A stretch of 64,000 bases of DNA, taken from assembly GCA_031427135.1 (NCBI GenBank), contig JANPMV010000001.1, positions 4-64,003 on the forward strand, read 5' to 3'. The translations under genes and the position numbers were made by a program. The notes beneath the pieces are model-generated. The model ran no database searches and was not told the DNA's origin. It saw nothing but the letters and a program-made list of their open reading frames with translations. Of the stretch, positions 22,426 through 33,030 are shown piece after piece. Every line of letters starts with the position of its first letter. Within the stretch, counting starts at the first letter, position 1. The stretch is from Cyanobacteria bacterium VAR_87_metabat_62. GTDB lineage: Bacteria; Cyanobacteriota; Cyanobacteriia; Cyanobacteriales; Microcoleaceae.

Positions 22426-23868
22426 TTATCCGACACTTCCTTCGAGTTTCAGACTCAATAGTTTATCAGCTTCCGCAGCAAATTCCATCGGTAACTGATT
22501 GAACACATCTTTACAGAAACCGCTAATCATCATTGAAATCGCATTTTCTGCGGAAATTCCCCGTTGTGCAAAAAAGAACAATTGCTCTTCCCCAATTTTG
22601 GAAGTCGATGCTTCGTGTTCCACTTTAGCAGTATGGTTCTGCACTTGAATATATGGGAAAGTATTCGCTTGAGCGTTATCTCCAATCAGCATCGAATCGC
22701 ACTGGGAATAATTCCGAGCACCTTTTGCACTAGGCCCCATTTTCACTAAGCCGCGATAGCTATTAGAAGAATTTCCCGCCGAAATTCCCTTGGAAATAAT
22801 CGTGCTGCGAGTGTTTTTGCCGACGTGGATCATTTTAGTTCCGGTGTCAGCTTGCTGTTTGTTGTTTGTCAGCGCTACTGAGTAGAATTCGCCTACGGAG
22901 TTGTCGCCGACTAACACGCAACTGGGATATTTCCAAGTAATCGCGGAACCTGTTTCTACTTGCGTCCAAGAAATCTTGGAATTGACTCCTTGACACAAGC
23001 CACGCTTTGTCACAAAGTTGTAAATTCCGCCTTTACCATTAGCATCGCCGGCGTACCAGTTTTGCACTGTTGAGTATTTGATGTCGGCATTATCCATTGT
23101 TACCAATTCCACGACTGCGGCGTGCAGTTGGTTGGTATCAAACATCGGTGCGGTGCAGCCTTCCAAGTAAGACACAGAGCTGTTTTCTTCTGCGATAATT
23201 AGGGTGCGCTCGAACTGGCCGGAATCTTCGTTGTTGATGCGGAAATAGGTTGACAATTCCATTGGGCATTTTACGCCTTTGGGAATGAAAACGAAGGAAC
23301 CGTCGGTGAATACGGCGGAGTTGAGGGCTGCGAAAAAGTTGTCGCCGACTGGTACGACAGTGCCGAGATATTTTTCGATTAGTTCGGGATAGTCTTTGAC
23401 TGCTTCTGTGATGGAACAGAAGATAACGCCGTCTTTGGCTAGTTTTTCTCTAAAGGTTGTGGCAATTGAAACGCTGTCGAAAACAACATCAACGGCGACA
23501 TTTCCCAGCCGCCTTTGTTCGGATAGGGGAATTCCCAATTTCTCGAAGGTTTCTAATAGTGTCGGATCAACTTCGTCCAAACTGTTGAGCTTTTTGGGCT
23601 TTTGTTTGGGCGCGGAATAGTAGATAATGTTTTGGTAGTCGATCGCGGGATAGTTGACATGAGGCCAGGTCGGCTCGGTCATGGTCAGCCACTTGCGGTA
23701 TGCTTTGAGACGGAATTGCAGCAGGAATTCTGGTTCGTTTTTCTTGGAGGAAATCAGCCGCACTACATCTTCGCTCAAGCCGCGGGGGATGGTGTCTGAC
23801 TCGATGTCGGTGACGAAACCGTATTTGTAGGGCTGGTTGACTAGGGTTTGGGCTGTGGTAGAACTCAT
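22426..23868 (-). CDS. sufB: Fe-S cluster assembly scaffold SufB
   Basis: 480 aa, highly conserved SufB sequence throughout ([10 protein letters not shown]..., [14 protein letters not shown]). Confidence 0.97.
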   Translation of the reverse strand: MSSTTAQTLVNQPYKYGFVTDIESDTIPRGLSEDVVRLISSKKNEPEFLLQFRLKAYRKWLTMTEPTWPHVNYPAIDYQNIIYYSAPKQKPKKLNSLDEVDPTLLETFEKLGIPLSEQRRLGNVAVDVVFDSVSIATTFREKLAKDGVIFCSITEAVKDYPELIEKYLGTVVPVGDNFFAALNSAVFTDGSFVFIPKGVKCPMELSTYFRINNEDSGQFERTLIIAEENSSVSYLEGCTAPMFDTNQLHAAVVELVTMDNADIKYSTVQNWYAGDANGKGGIYNFVTKRGLCQGVNSKISWTQVETGSAITWKYPSCVLVGDNSVGEFYSVALTNNKQQADTGTKMIHVGKNTRSTIISKGISAGNSSNSYRGLVKMGPSAKGARNYSQCDSMLIGDNAQANTFPYIQVQNHTAKVEHEASTSKIGEEQLFFFAQRGISAENAISMMISGFCKDVFNQLPMEFAAEADKLLSLKLEGSVG

Positions 23869-24051
23869 TATTTTGCGTGTTCAGTGTTCTAGATAATGCT
23901 CTCAAAGATGGCAGACGGGACAATTGCTGTCTGGGCTTGAGCGAGTTCTGCTGGACTGCTCTGTTGAGTTAAACAACAAGTTTATTGCTTTACTATATTT
24001 TAAGCTACATTAACAATAGCGATCTTGTCAAAGTCAAATTAATATTTTTTT

Positions 24052-24768
24052 GTGATGATGCAGACTCAGCAGACTTCCACTAAACAAGATATCTTGCAGT
24101 TTTTGCTCAAGGGGGATAAAGCCACGGCTCTTGAGTTGGCTGAGTCTTTAGATATCAGTCCGCAAGCGATTCGCCGTCATTTGAAGGATTTGGAGGGCGA
24201 CGGGCTGATTCAGTATCAGTCGGTTCAGGCTGGGATGGGGCGGCCGCAACACATATATGAGCTTACCAGTCTGGGGCGCGATCGCTTCCCGAATCGTTAT
24301 GGCGATTTTGCAGTCTCTTTTCTGGATACTTTGGCTGAGACTGTTGGCCGCGAGCAGGTGATTTCTATCTTGCGAAAACAGTGGCAACGTAAGGCGATGG
24401 AGTATCGTAGGATGATGGGTACGGGTTTGCTGGAAGAGCGGGTGGCTAGGTTGATGGAGCTTCGTAGGGATGAGGGTTACATGGCTGAGTGGTATCCTGT
24501 AGAAGCGGTGGATGATGGGACGTGCGGCACGGATAAGGGCGATCGATTTGTGTTTATGGAACACAATTGTGCTATCTCTAATGTGGCTGAAACTTTTCCG
24601 AGTGTCTGTGGTAATGAGTTAGAGATGTTTGCGGCTGTGTTGCCGGATTGTTCTATAGAGCGGACTCACTGGATTATTGATGGGGAACATCGCTGCGGTT
24701 ATTTGATTATTGCGAGGAAAAAGGCAACCCCCCCCTACCCCCCCCAAGGGGGGAAATCAGAAGAATGA
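24052..24768 (+). CDS. sufR: Fe-S cluster biosynthesis repressor SufR
   Basis: Winged-helix N-terminus (ILQFLLKGDKATALELAESLDISPQAIRRHLKDLEGDGLI), Cys-rich C-terminus, divergent from sufBCDS. GTG/ATG start is ambiguous within 24052-24058. Confidence 0.85.
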   Translation: MMMQTQQTSTKQDILQFLLKGDKATALELAESLDISPQAIRRHLKDLEGDGLIQYQSVQAGMGRPQHIYELTSLGRDRFPNRYGDFAVSFLDTLAETVGREQVISILRKQWQRKAMEYRRMMGTGLLEERVARLMELRRDEGYMAEWYPVEAVDDGTCGTDKGDRFVFMEHNCAISNVAETFPSVCGNELEMFAAVLPDCSIERTHWIIDGEHRCGYLIIARKKATPPYPPQGGKSEE

Positions 24769-24886
24769 GGGAAGGCACTACATGGATTTTGACACGGATA
24801 CACGGATAGTAACTGTGTTTATTAATTACCAATTATCGATTACCGATTACCAATAACCAATAACCAATAACGAGTAACCAATAACT

Positions 24887-25288
24887 ATGGAATCTGATTT
24901 TTTAAAGCCGGAAGAGTGTGCGGAAGTTGATATGGCGCTGTTGTCGTCGAAGGAAAAGTTTTCGGCGCGGTTGGCTATTTATGCTTTGAGAGTGCTCAAG
25001 CAAATTGCTGGGGAGACTGGTTTGGCGGTTGCTGATGTAAGCAATCAGCAGGTGATGGATTGGGTGAGGAATGATGAGAGTATTCAGCAGTCAATTCAAG
25101 TTGATGCTAGTTTTGAAAACTTTTTTACGAATTTGGTAATTGCGTCTTTGCGGCCGTTGAGGCAAATTGCGGCAGAATCGGGAGGTGCGATCGAGCAATT
25201 AACAGTTAAGCAGGTTGTGGCGTGGTTTGTAAAGGATGGGAAGATTCGCAGAGAGCAGGGTGTCGATGCGGCGTTTTTGAATTTGTGA
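24887..25288 (+). CDS. hypothetical protein with an internal two-fold repeat
   Basis: LRVLKQIAGETG...QVMDWV and LRPLRQIAAESG...QVVAWF halves. Confidence 0.45.
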   Translation: MESDFLKPEECAEVDMALLSSKEKFSARLAIYALRVLKQIAGETGLAVADVSNQQVMDWVRNDESIQQSIQVDASFENFFTNLVIASLRPLRQIAAESGGAIEQLTVKQVVAWFVKDGKIRREQGVDAAFLNL

Positions 25289-25734
25289 TTGGGCTGAGGC
25301 GCTCTTGTGGGGCGAGCTGGATGCCCACCCCACAAGAGAATTTACTCTTTTTAGTCTGGCATTCGCCCAAAGAATATATTGCCACTAAGTTATTTAAATC
25401 AATTGAATAATTAGAGTATTTATTGCATCGCCTCTTAAATGAAGCACAATTAATAATTAAAGGGGCGCGAAAAATCAAAAACAAGCGTAATGCTTGTATC
25501 ACAGTTTAAATGTGTAACAGCTTAGCGAGGACTGTCTTGTTTGAGGCAGGGGTTGTACGTTAATTAGACACGACGAAAGGCTCTTGGAGTGTCCCTGCTA
25601 TACTTGATCAACCTGGAATACGCTGTAGATATTAATTGAAATTTTGCCAACAAAAAGAGCAATAGGTTTTCTATTGCTCTTTTTGTTCAATAATGCTATC
25701 TAGTTTTTGTTTTCAGACAGAGAAACTTAATAGC

Positions 25735-26163
25735 TTATTTGCAAACTGCACGGTTATTGGCGTTTCTGACAATCGTACCTACTTTGCCGTTAATCTGAAT
25801 CGGGTTTTTGGTGCTAGCACGAATCAAGCGCGGTTGTTTTGCCAGACATTCTCTGATTGATTCTGACCAGGCGGTGAGAGCTCCGGTGTATTCTGTACGA
25901 GTCGCTGGGGCGCGAAACTGCTCGGTAATTAGGTAATCTGTGGTGATGCTAGTGTCAGTAGCAACATTGGTAATAATTGGAAAGTCAAAGGCTCTGGGCA
26001 AGGTTCTGTCCTGTATTTTGCCCGGTAGGATTTGGTATTTCATCGAGCCGCCTTTGTAGTCAAAACCTACTTGAGGGGCTGTTTGAGCGAAGGCGGGAAT
26101 AGGCAAGCTTGCTACCAAAACGGTGCAAAAACTCCAAAATAATTTCGATTTCATCTGATTCAT
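25735..26163 (-). CDS. secreted hypothetical protein
   Basis: 142 aa, signal peptide ending PAFAQ. Confidence 0.5.
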   Translation of the reverse strand: MNQMKSKLFWSFCTVLVASLPIPAFAQTAPQVGFDYKGGSMKYQILPGKIQDRTLPRAFDFPIITNVATDTSITTDYLITEQFRAPATRTEYTGALTAWSESIRECLAKQPRLIRASTKNPIQINGKVGTIVRNANNRAVCK

Positions 26164-26618
26164 CTCCTCAACTTTATGACGATTAGCGCTAATTAGGTAG
26201 GCTCCACAAACATTAGGTTCAATTTTGAAACTACCTGATGATATTGAGCTTTTGGGTTTGAGTTTGACCCACCTAATTTATTGTCAGACATCCTCAAAAA
26301 TGTTACAACTGGTTGGTCTGACAAACTGTAAAATAGTTTCAGTTGAGTAAGATATTTACACATCTGAATTTGTTACAGGATTGGGGACTCGGTTTTACCA
26401 GAACGATCCATTTTCGAGCGATGTCATTGGAACTTTATCAAATTTTGTCTCAGATATCAAGTTTTGCGAAGCAGGTATCAGGTTTTAAGATTGATTTGCC
26501 GCTCGATCGAGCTTTAAGTGTTACGAGCTATACCGGGTCAAGAAAAATGCTAGAGTGCATCTTTCTGGCGTTTGAGTATTTTCAGGCGACAATAGACACA
26601 GAAGGGGCTTGAAAATAG

Positions 26619-27575
26619 GTGAGTTTAGTGGAAGATAGTAAGTTTATCGACGTATCGGAAATCATGGGTGTTCCCGCAGCTCCTGCGGGCTACAAGTCGG
26701 GGTTTGTGGGTATTATCGGGCGCCCGAATGTCGGCAAATCGACGCTGATGAATCAGTTGGTGGGGCAGAAAATTGCGATTACTTCGCCGGTGTCTCAGAC
26801 GACGCGCAACAGGCTGCGGGGCATTCTGACGACGCCGGAAGCACAAATTATTTTTGTCGATACTCCCGGAATTCACAAGCCGCATCACCAATTGGGCAAG
26901 GTTTTGGTGCAGAATGCGCGCACGGCGATTCAGTCTGTGGATGTGGTGCTGTTTGTGGTGGATGGTTCGGTGGAATCGGGTGGGGGCGATCGATATATTA
27001 TCGAAATTCTCAGCAATTGCAAAATTCCGGTGATTTTGGGGATGAATAAGTTGGACGAGCAACGGTCGGATTCTGTGTTGATCGATCGAACTTACGAGCA
27101 AGTTGTCAATCCCGAGTGGCCTGTAGTGAAATTTTCGGCTCTGACTGGCGAGGGTGTCGAGCCGCTGCAACAATTGTTAATCGAACATTTGGAAGTTGGG
27201 CCTTACTATTACCCCCCCGATTTGGTGACTGACCAGCCGGAACGGTTTATTATGGGGGAATTGATTCGCGAGCAGATTTTGCTGCTGACGCGGGAAGAAG
27301 TGCCGCATTCAGTCGCAATCGCGATCGACATTGTTCAAGAAGAAGCGAAAATCACCCGCATTTTGGCGACGATTCACGTGGAACGGGATTCCCAAAAAGG
27401 TATTTTAATCGGTAAAAGCGGCAGTATGCTCAAGTCGATCGGCAGTGCGGCCCGCGAACAGATTCAAAAGTTAATTGAAGGCAAAGTATATTTGGAGCTA
27501 TTTGTCAAGGTGCAGCCGAAGTGGCGGCAGTCTCGGACTCGTTTAGCGGAATTGGGCTATCGCGTGGAAGAGTGA
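26619..27575 (+). CDS. era: GTPase Era
   Basis: G1 GRPNVGKST, G3 DTPG, G4 NKLD, C-terminal KH domain. The true start may be the internal ATG at 26664. Confidence 0.93.
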   Translation: MSLVEDSKFIDVSEIMGVPAAPAGYKSGFVGIIGRPNVGKSTLMNQLVGQKIAITSPVSQTTRNRLRGILTTPEAQIIFVDTPGIHKPHHQLGKVLVQNARTAIQSVDVVLFVVDGSVESGGGDRYIIEILSNCKIPVILGMNKLDEQRSDSVLIDRTYEQVVNPEWPVVKFSALTGEGVEPLQQLLIEHLEVGPYYYPPDLVTDQPERFIMGELIREQILLLTREEVPHSVAIAIDIVQEEAKITRILATIHVERDSQKGILIGKSGSMLKSIGSAAREQIQKLIEGKVYLELFVKVQPKWRQSRTRLAELGYRVEE

Positions 27576-27642
27576 AACTTTGGCAGTTGGCCGATCGTTA
27601 CTCAAGTAAACTAAGAGCAGCCCCATTCGCCCCAATTGACCT

Positions 27643-29193
27643 ATGCCACGCTGGTTCAATACCGCAGGCCCTTGCCAGGAAGACATTCATTATGCACTGC
27701 CGCCCACGGTGCGCTTACCGGGCTTAGAACGTTTAATTGCTCAACGCAGCTATTTCGTCATCCACGCACCCCGACAAGTGGGAAAAACCACGGCCATGCT
27801 GGCCTTAGCCAAACAACTTACCCTGGGCGGACAATACACAGCCGTCATGCTGTCCGTGGAAGTGGGCGCACCCTTCAGTCAAGACATAGCTGGTGCTGAA
27901 GATGCCATTCTGGGTGCTTGGCGAGACAATATTTCCGTCCGTCTCCCACCCGAATTACAACCGCCCGACTGGACAAGCATACAGTCGGGACAGAAAATTC
28001 GGGCTGCTTTACAAGCTTGGGCACAAGTTTCATCTCGTCCTTTGGCTATTTTCATCGACGAAATTGACGCATTACAAGACCAAGCATTGATTTCTATCCT
28101 GCGCCAATTACGAGATGGTTATCCCAATCGCCCGAAAGCGTTTCCTCAATCGGTAGGTTTAATCGGTTTGCGGGATGTTCGCGATTACAAAGTGGCTGCC
28201 GGTGGTAGCGATCGCCTCAATACATCCAGTCCGTTTAATATTAAAGTGCGATCGATTACTCTCAGAGATTTCAATGCTTCAGAAGTCGCAGAACTCTACG
28301 CGCAACATACCCAGGATACCGGACAAGTTTTTACACCGGAAGCCGTAGCATTAGCTTTTGAATTAACACAAGGACAACCTTGGTTGGTGAATGCTTTAGC
28401 TAAAGAAATCGTCGAAGAATTAGTTATTGATGAATCTATAGAAATTACACCACAACATATTTTATCAGCTAAAGAAACTCTGATCAAACGACAAGATACA
28501 CATTTAGATAGTTTGGCAGAACGACTTAGAGAAAAACGAGTCAAAGCAATTATCGAGCCGATACTAGCCGGACAAGAATTGCCAGAATCTTCTAATGACG
28601 ATCGCCAATACCTCGTAGATTTGGGTTTGCTAAAACGAGATCCGGCCGGGGGCTTAGTTATTGCTAATCCGATTTATCGAGAAGTGTTGCCGCGAGTTTT
28701 GGCCCAAGGCCCGCAAGATAGTTTACCGATGATCAGTCCGAGTTGGTTGAATCCTCGCGGTGAACTGATCACCGAAGCACTCCTGCAAGCGTTTCTCGCC
28801 TTCTGGCTGCAACATGGCGAACCGTTACTCAAAAGCGCGTCTTATCCCGAAATTGCCCCGCATTTGGTATTGATGGCATTTCTGCATCGGGTGATTAATG
28901 GTGGGGGAACGTTGGAGAGGGAATATGCGATCGGGCGCGACAGAATGGATTTATGTTTGCGTTATGGTGAGGTAACATTGGGCATTGAACTGAAGGTTTG
29001 GCGGACTCGGAAAGTCGATCCTTTGAGTAAAGGGTTGGAACAGTTAGATGGGTATTTGGCTCGATTGGGACAAGATTCCGGTTGGTTGGTGATATTCGAT
29101 CGCAGAGATAATGCACTCGAATTGGAAGAGCGATTGAAAACCGAACTTCAGGTTAGTCCAATGGGAAGAACGATTACAGTCATTCGTGCGTGA
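27643..29193 (+). CDS. AAA-ATPase-like protein with a C-terminal PD-(D/E)xK-like domain
   Basis: 516 aa. MPRWFNTAGPC start, Walker A APRQVGKTT, Walker B IFIDEIDAL. Confidence 0.7.
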   Translation: MPRWFNTAGPCQEDIHYALPPTVRLPGLERLIAQRSYFVIHAPRQVGKTTAMLALAKQLTLGGQYTAVMLSVEVGAPFSQDIAGAEDAILGAWRDNISVRLPPELQPPDWTSIQSGQKIRAALQAWAQVSSRPLAIFIDEIDALQDQALISILRQLRDGYPNRPKAFPQSVGLIGLRDVRDYKVAAGGSDRLNTSSPFNIKVRSITLRDFNASEVAELYAQHTQDTGQVFTPEAVALAFELTQGQPWLVNALAKEIVEELVIDESIEITPQHILSAKETLIKRQDTHLDSLAERLREKRVKAIIEPILAGQELPESSNDDRQYLVDLGLLKRDPAGGLVIANPIYREVLPRVLAQGPQDSLPMISPSWLNPRGELITEALLQAFLAFWLQHGEPLLKSASYPEIAPHLVLMAFLHRVINGGGTLEREYAIGRDRMDLCLRYGEVTLGIELKVWRTRKVDPLSKGLEQLDGYLARLGQDSGWLVIFDRRDNALELEERLKTELQVSPMGRTITVIRA

Positions 29194-29499
29194 GGAAGTT
29201 ATAATGAGTGTGTCGATTTTGGCGATCGCCGAGGGTGTGCGATCGACTCTAATCTCAAATATAATAAAGATAGCTTGTTTCAGTGCGACGGCTGAAGTGT
29301 TTGAGTCGAATCGTGTAGCGAACTCGATCGAGGAAAGAAGATTCCGATGGGGAGTAAGAAGGGGTTGACATACATCATCGAGCTGCGATATTATTCGACT
29401 ATATCCAGTATAGTACCGCAACTGCGATACAATTATAAGTTCTACGGCTTGAATGCGGCAAAGTAAAAAAAGTCATTATGCAACAAAAAAAGTGTGATG

Positions 29500-29607
29500 A
29501 TATAGCAATCCTAAATAAATGAGTCGTAAAATTTTTACCCCACCCCAACCCTCCCCTTACCAAGGGGAGGGAGTAAGAAATTCACAAATGATTTAGGATT
29601 GCTATAT
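29500..29607. repeat. 108-bp hairpin element with a 17-bp perfect terminal inverted repeat
   Basis: ATATAGCAATCCTAAAT (29500-29516) versus ATTTAGGATTGCTATAT (29591-29607), enclosing CCCCTTACCAAGGGG. Confidence 0.8.
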
Positions 29608-29671
29608 ATGTGCAATACTTGCGTTATATGTGTAAAACAGGCAAATTCCAGCCCATGACTTGAGGTGAGAA

Positions 29672-31033
29672 ATGGTTGAATCTAAGGAGCGTATTCTAAA
29701 TCTATATAATTCTTTGGAAAATGATTTTATCAAACTAATTCCACAAGAACGGTTCAACAAAGATGTGAATATGAAGCTAGAGCGAATCACTCATCTACTG
29801 GAAGTCTTGGGAAATCCGCATAACTCTTTTCTATCTATTCATGTTGGAGGTACATCAGGCAAGGGATCTACTTCTACGTTAATTGCGTCAATCTTAACCA
29901 CACAGGGCTATAAAACAGGGCTTTATTTATCCCCTCACTTGCAGATATTTAACGAGGTGTATCAGATTAACTGTAAAACAGTTGCGACCACAAAGCTTGT
30001 CGAGATATTTGAACGAGTGAAATCGGCTATAGTGAAAGTTGCTCAGGAAAACCCCTTTGGTCAGCCTAGCTATTTTGAAGCACAAGTAGCTTTGGCATTC
30101 TGCTTATTTGAAGAGCAAAAAGTTGATGTCGCAATTATCGAAGTTGGTTTAGGGGGAAGACTTGATGCCACAAACGTCTTGTCCTCAAAATTATCGGTAC
30201 TTACAAGTGTTGGATTAGATCACACCGAAATATTGGGAGGTACTGTAGAAGAAATCGCTGAAGAGAAGGCAGGCATTATCAAAGATCTTCAGAATGTGGT
30301 GTGTGGATTCTCTCAAAGAACGACAAGAGAGATTGTTGCACAACGTTGCGAAAAGAGCGGTTCTCAATTATGGCAATTAGAGGAAGACTTCTCATTTACT
30401 GTTAATTCGGGGTCTTTAAGTGTAAATCTTCCAGAGAGAGTTTACGATAATTTATCGCTAACCAAACTTCTCGGAGAGTTTCAGTTCTCTAACGCAGCTT
30501 GCGCTGTCGCAGCAGCTTATTTATTTTCACAAGGTAGCTTATCTGATTTTGCTGTCAGGGAAGGGTTAGCTAATGTCATAATCCCAGGTCGAATGGAAAT
30601 ATTACAAACCCAGCCAGTTGTAATACTTGATGGTGCGCATAATCCCGACAAGATGAGATCTGCTTCACATTCAGTTAACAAATTATTTGGAGGTAAAGAA
30701 AGAGTTATAATCATTTCTTTCAAAGAGGGAAAGCTTCTTGAAGATATATTGCCTTATCTCGTAGATAATGTGAAATGCTTCATATTGACAGCGTTTAAGA
30801 TTAAAGGATTGTGGGAGCCATGTCCACCTGAAGAATTGAAGAAGGTTATTGACAGCGTTGCCCCATCTGTGCCATGCTTCATAGTGCGCGATCCAATTAG
30901 TGCGGTTCGAGAGGGTTTATCTAGAGCGGCAGAGAATGATCTAGTATGGATTACTGGTTCTCTTTATCTCGCTGGTGATGTGCGTGAGTATTGGCATCCA
31001 TCAGAATCTTTGCTCATGAGAGCAGAGGAATAA
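29672..31033 (+). CDS. FolC-type Mur-ligase family protein (folylpolyglutamate synthase-like)
   Basis: 453 aa. LERITHLLEVLGNP...IHVGGTSGKGST P-loop context and VILDGAHNP motif. AT-rich and HIP1-free. Confidence 0.85.
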   Translation: MVESKERILNLYNSLENDFIKLIPQERFNKDVNMKLERITHLLEVLGNPHNSFLSIHVGGTSGKGSTSTLIASILTTQGYKTGLYLSPHLQIFNEVYQINCKTVATTKLVEIFERVKSAIVKVAQENPFGQPSYFEAQVALAFCLFEEQKVDVAIIEVGLGGRLDATNVLSSKLSVLTSVGLDHTEILGGTVEEIAEEKAGIIKDLQNVVCGFSQRTTREIVAQRCEKSGSQLWQLEEDFSFTVNSGSLSVNLPERVYDNLSLTKLLGEFQFSNAACAVAAAYLFSQGSLSDFAVREGLANVIIPGRMEILQTQPVVILDGAHNPDKMRSASHSVNKLFGGKERVIIISFKEGKLLEDILPYLVDNVKCFILTAFKIKGLWEPCPPEELKKVIDSVAPSVPCFIVRDPISAVREGLSRAAENDLVWITGSLYLAGDVREYWHPSESLLMRAEE

Positions 31034-31080
31034 CAGATTAGAACATATATCCAAGATTTATTAGAACTATCGAATCAATC

Positions 31081-32019
31081 ATGCAAAATTCACAAAGATC
31101 AATTGTTAAAATAATTAAAGAAGTCTGTCTAGAAAATAACATATCTTATGAATCTTTTTCATACGACTGGATATTTCGTTTATCGAGAGATAGCACAGCA
31201 GTACACATTTTTGGCTATCAGTTCGAGAAAAATTCATCTACATCGCATCTAATTTGCTCTGACAAGTGTAGTGCGAGTGATTTATTACAATTGAGTCAAG
31301 TGCCTGTCGTAGAACATACCTTTTTTATGTCACCAGTAAACATAAAGTATGTTGGTGTTTCTGGTAATTGGTCAAAATTATGCGAGTTGCTTAATCGGCA
31401 TGGAAAACTCGTATGTAAATCGAATGAGGGAACAGGTGGTAATGATGTCTACCTTGTTACAAATCAATTTGAGCTTGAGAATGCCGAATACAAAATATAC
31501 AATCGCTCCAGAGCGATGGCAGTGTGTCCGTTTTACGAAATAGAGAATGAGTTTCGGGTTGTGGTGCTAGATGGGAAAGTTAAATTAGTCTATCGGAAAA
31601 ACATTCCTTATTTATTAGGCGATGGAGTATCTACTTTACGCCAGCTCTTTGTTGCTTACCTCAAAGAAAACATAGATTGTCCAGTTAGTTGTAATATTCC
31701 TGATGAAGATTATTCTAAAATCCTTGATTCTGGCAAGAAGTATGACTTGCATTGGAAACATAATCTTGGACAAGGAGCAAACCCGGAAATTGTTCAAGAT
31801 AAAGAACTTGTTGGACGATTAAGTGATTTAGCATTGCGCGCAGCTAAAGTTGTAAATATTCACTTCGCGTCAATAGATATAATAGAAACTAACAATCAAT
31901 ATTTGGTTCTAGAAATAAATAGTGGTGTGATGATGGAGCATTTTTCTCAGTTGAATGACAGTAACTATAAGAGAGCTAAAGATATTTATAAAGAAGCTAT
32001 TGAAAGTATGCTTAGTTAA
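31081..32019 (+). CDS. ATP-grasp ligase
   Basis: 312 aa. KSNEGTGGNDVY, EFRVVVLDGKVKLVYRK, LLGDGVSTLRQL and LEINSGV match the ATP-grasp layout. Confidence 0.7.
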   Translation: MQNSQRSIVKIIKEVCLENNISYESFSYDWIFRLSRDSTAVHIFGYQFEKNSSTSHLICSDKCSASDLLQLSQVPVVEHTFFMSPVNIKYVGVSGNWSKLCELLNRHGKLVCKSNEGTGGNDVYLVTNQFELENAEYKIYNRSRAMAVCPFYEIENEFRVVVLDGKVKLVYRKNIPYLLGDGVSTLRQLFVAYLKENIDCPVSCNIPDEDYSKILDSGKKYDLHWKHNLGQGANPEIVQDKELVGRLSDLALRAAKVVNIHFASIDIIETNNQYLVLEINSGVMMEHFSQLNDSNYKRAKDIYKEAIESMLS

Positions 32020-32028
32020 GGTGAAAAT

Positions 32029-33030
32029 ATGCGGAAGCAACTACTAATGCCTGTTCTATTAACCGTTGCTCAAAAAATAGGAATGAAAATTCTGATTGAA
32101 CCAACAAGAGCAATGTACGGAGTTATCCTATTCGATAGTGGGAAGAAGTATTACATCAAGGATGTTAATTTTAATCTCAACTTGAGTGCCTCAACTTCAC
32201 TTGCAAAAAACAAAGCTGCGACATCTTTTTTTCTTGAGAAATTCGGATATCAAGTACCCGAATTTACTATGGTATATAGTGACGAGAAATGTGCTCGAAC
32301 TCAATCTAATGATACTCTTCAAGAAGGATTAGACTACTCAAGACGAATTGGCTTTCCCGTGATTCTTAAGCCAAATAATATGTCACAGGGCAGCTTTGTT
32401 TTTAAAGTTAACGACGAATCGGAATATTTTAGCTTTTTGTCAGAAATTTTCACGTACTGTGACACGGCTCAGATTCAGAAGTTTTATTCTGGTAATGACT
32501 ACAGAATAGTAGTTTTAGATAGGAGAGTGCTATCTGCTTATCAAAGAGTTCCTTTCCATGTTATAGGTGATGGAGATTCTTCTATATCTGAATTAATTTG
32601 TAAGAAACAACGATTATTCGTACAGTCTGGTAGAGACACTAAATTGATAGATACTGATACACGCCTTGCTCATAAAATCCTTCAGCAAGGTCTTTCGCTA
32701 GAGAGCATACCTGGTCTTAATGAAACAGTTATCTTGCAAGATATTTCAAACTTGTCGGCTGGAGGGGAAACTATTGAACTCACAGATGAAATACATCCTT
32801 CTTTTGTAAAACTAGCGTTGCTGATTGCAAGAGATATGAATTTAACTTTATGCGGCATTGATATAATCACAAATGATATCACGCAGCAAAATGATGGTCA
32901 GTATACTGTTATTGAGGTTAATAGCGCACCTGGATTAGATAACTATGCGTATCAAGGTGCGGTGCAAGAAGCATATGTAGAAAGTTTGTACCGAGAAGTC
33001 TTGCTTTATATTAGAAATTCATACTCCTAA
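32029..33030 (+). CDS. ATP-grasp ligase resembling the cyanophycin-synthetase ATP-grasp domain
   Basis: 333 aa. VILKPNNMSQG, DYRIVVLDRRVLSAYQR, VIGDGDSSISELI, NLSAGGE and IEVNSAPG are colinear with CphA/RimK-type ATP-grasp enzymes. Confidence 0.8.
   Translation: MRKQLLMPVLLTVAQKIGMKILIEPTRAMYGVILFDSGKKYYIKDVNFNLNLSASTSLAKNKAATSFFLEKFGYQVPEFTMVYSDEKCARTQSNDTLQEGLDYSRRIGFPVILKPNNMSQGSFVFKVNDESEYFSFLSEIFTYCDTAQIQKFYSGNDYRIVVLDRRVLSAYQRVPFHVIGDGDSSISELICKKQRLFVQSGRDTKLIDTDTRLAHKILQQGLSLESIPGLNETVILQDISNLSAGGETIELTDEIHPSFVKLALLIARDMNLTLCGIDIITNDITQQNDGQYTVIEVNSAPGLDNYAYQGAVQEAYVESLYREVLLYIRNSYS

Noticed and set aside
26343-26612. 89-aa ORF upstream of era
   Set aside because: It has a TTG start, no recognisable family and a low-complexity composition. 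It is probably the era leader region.
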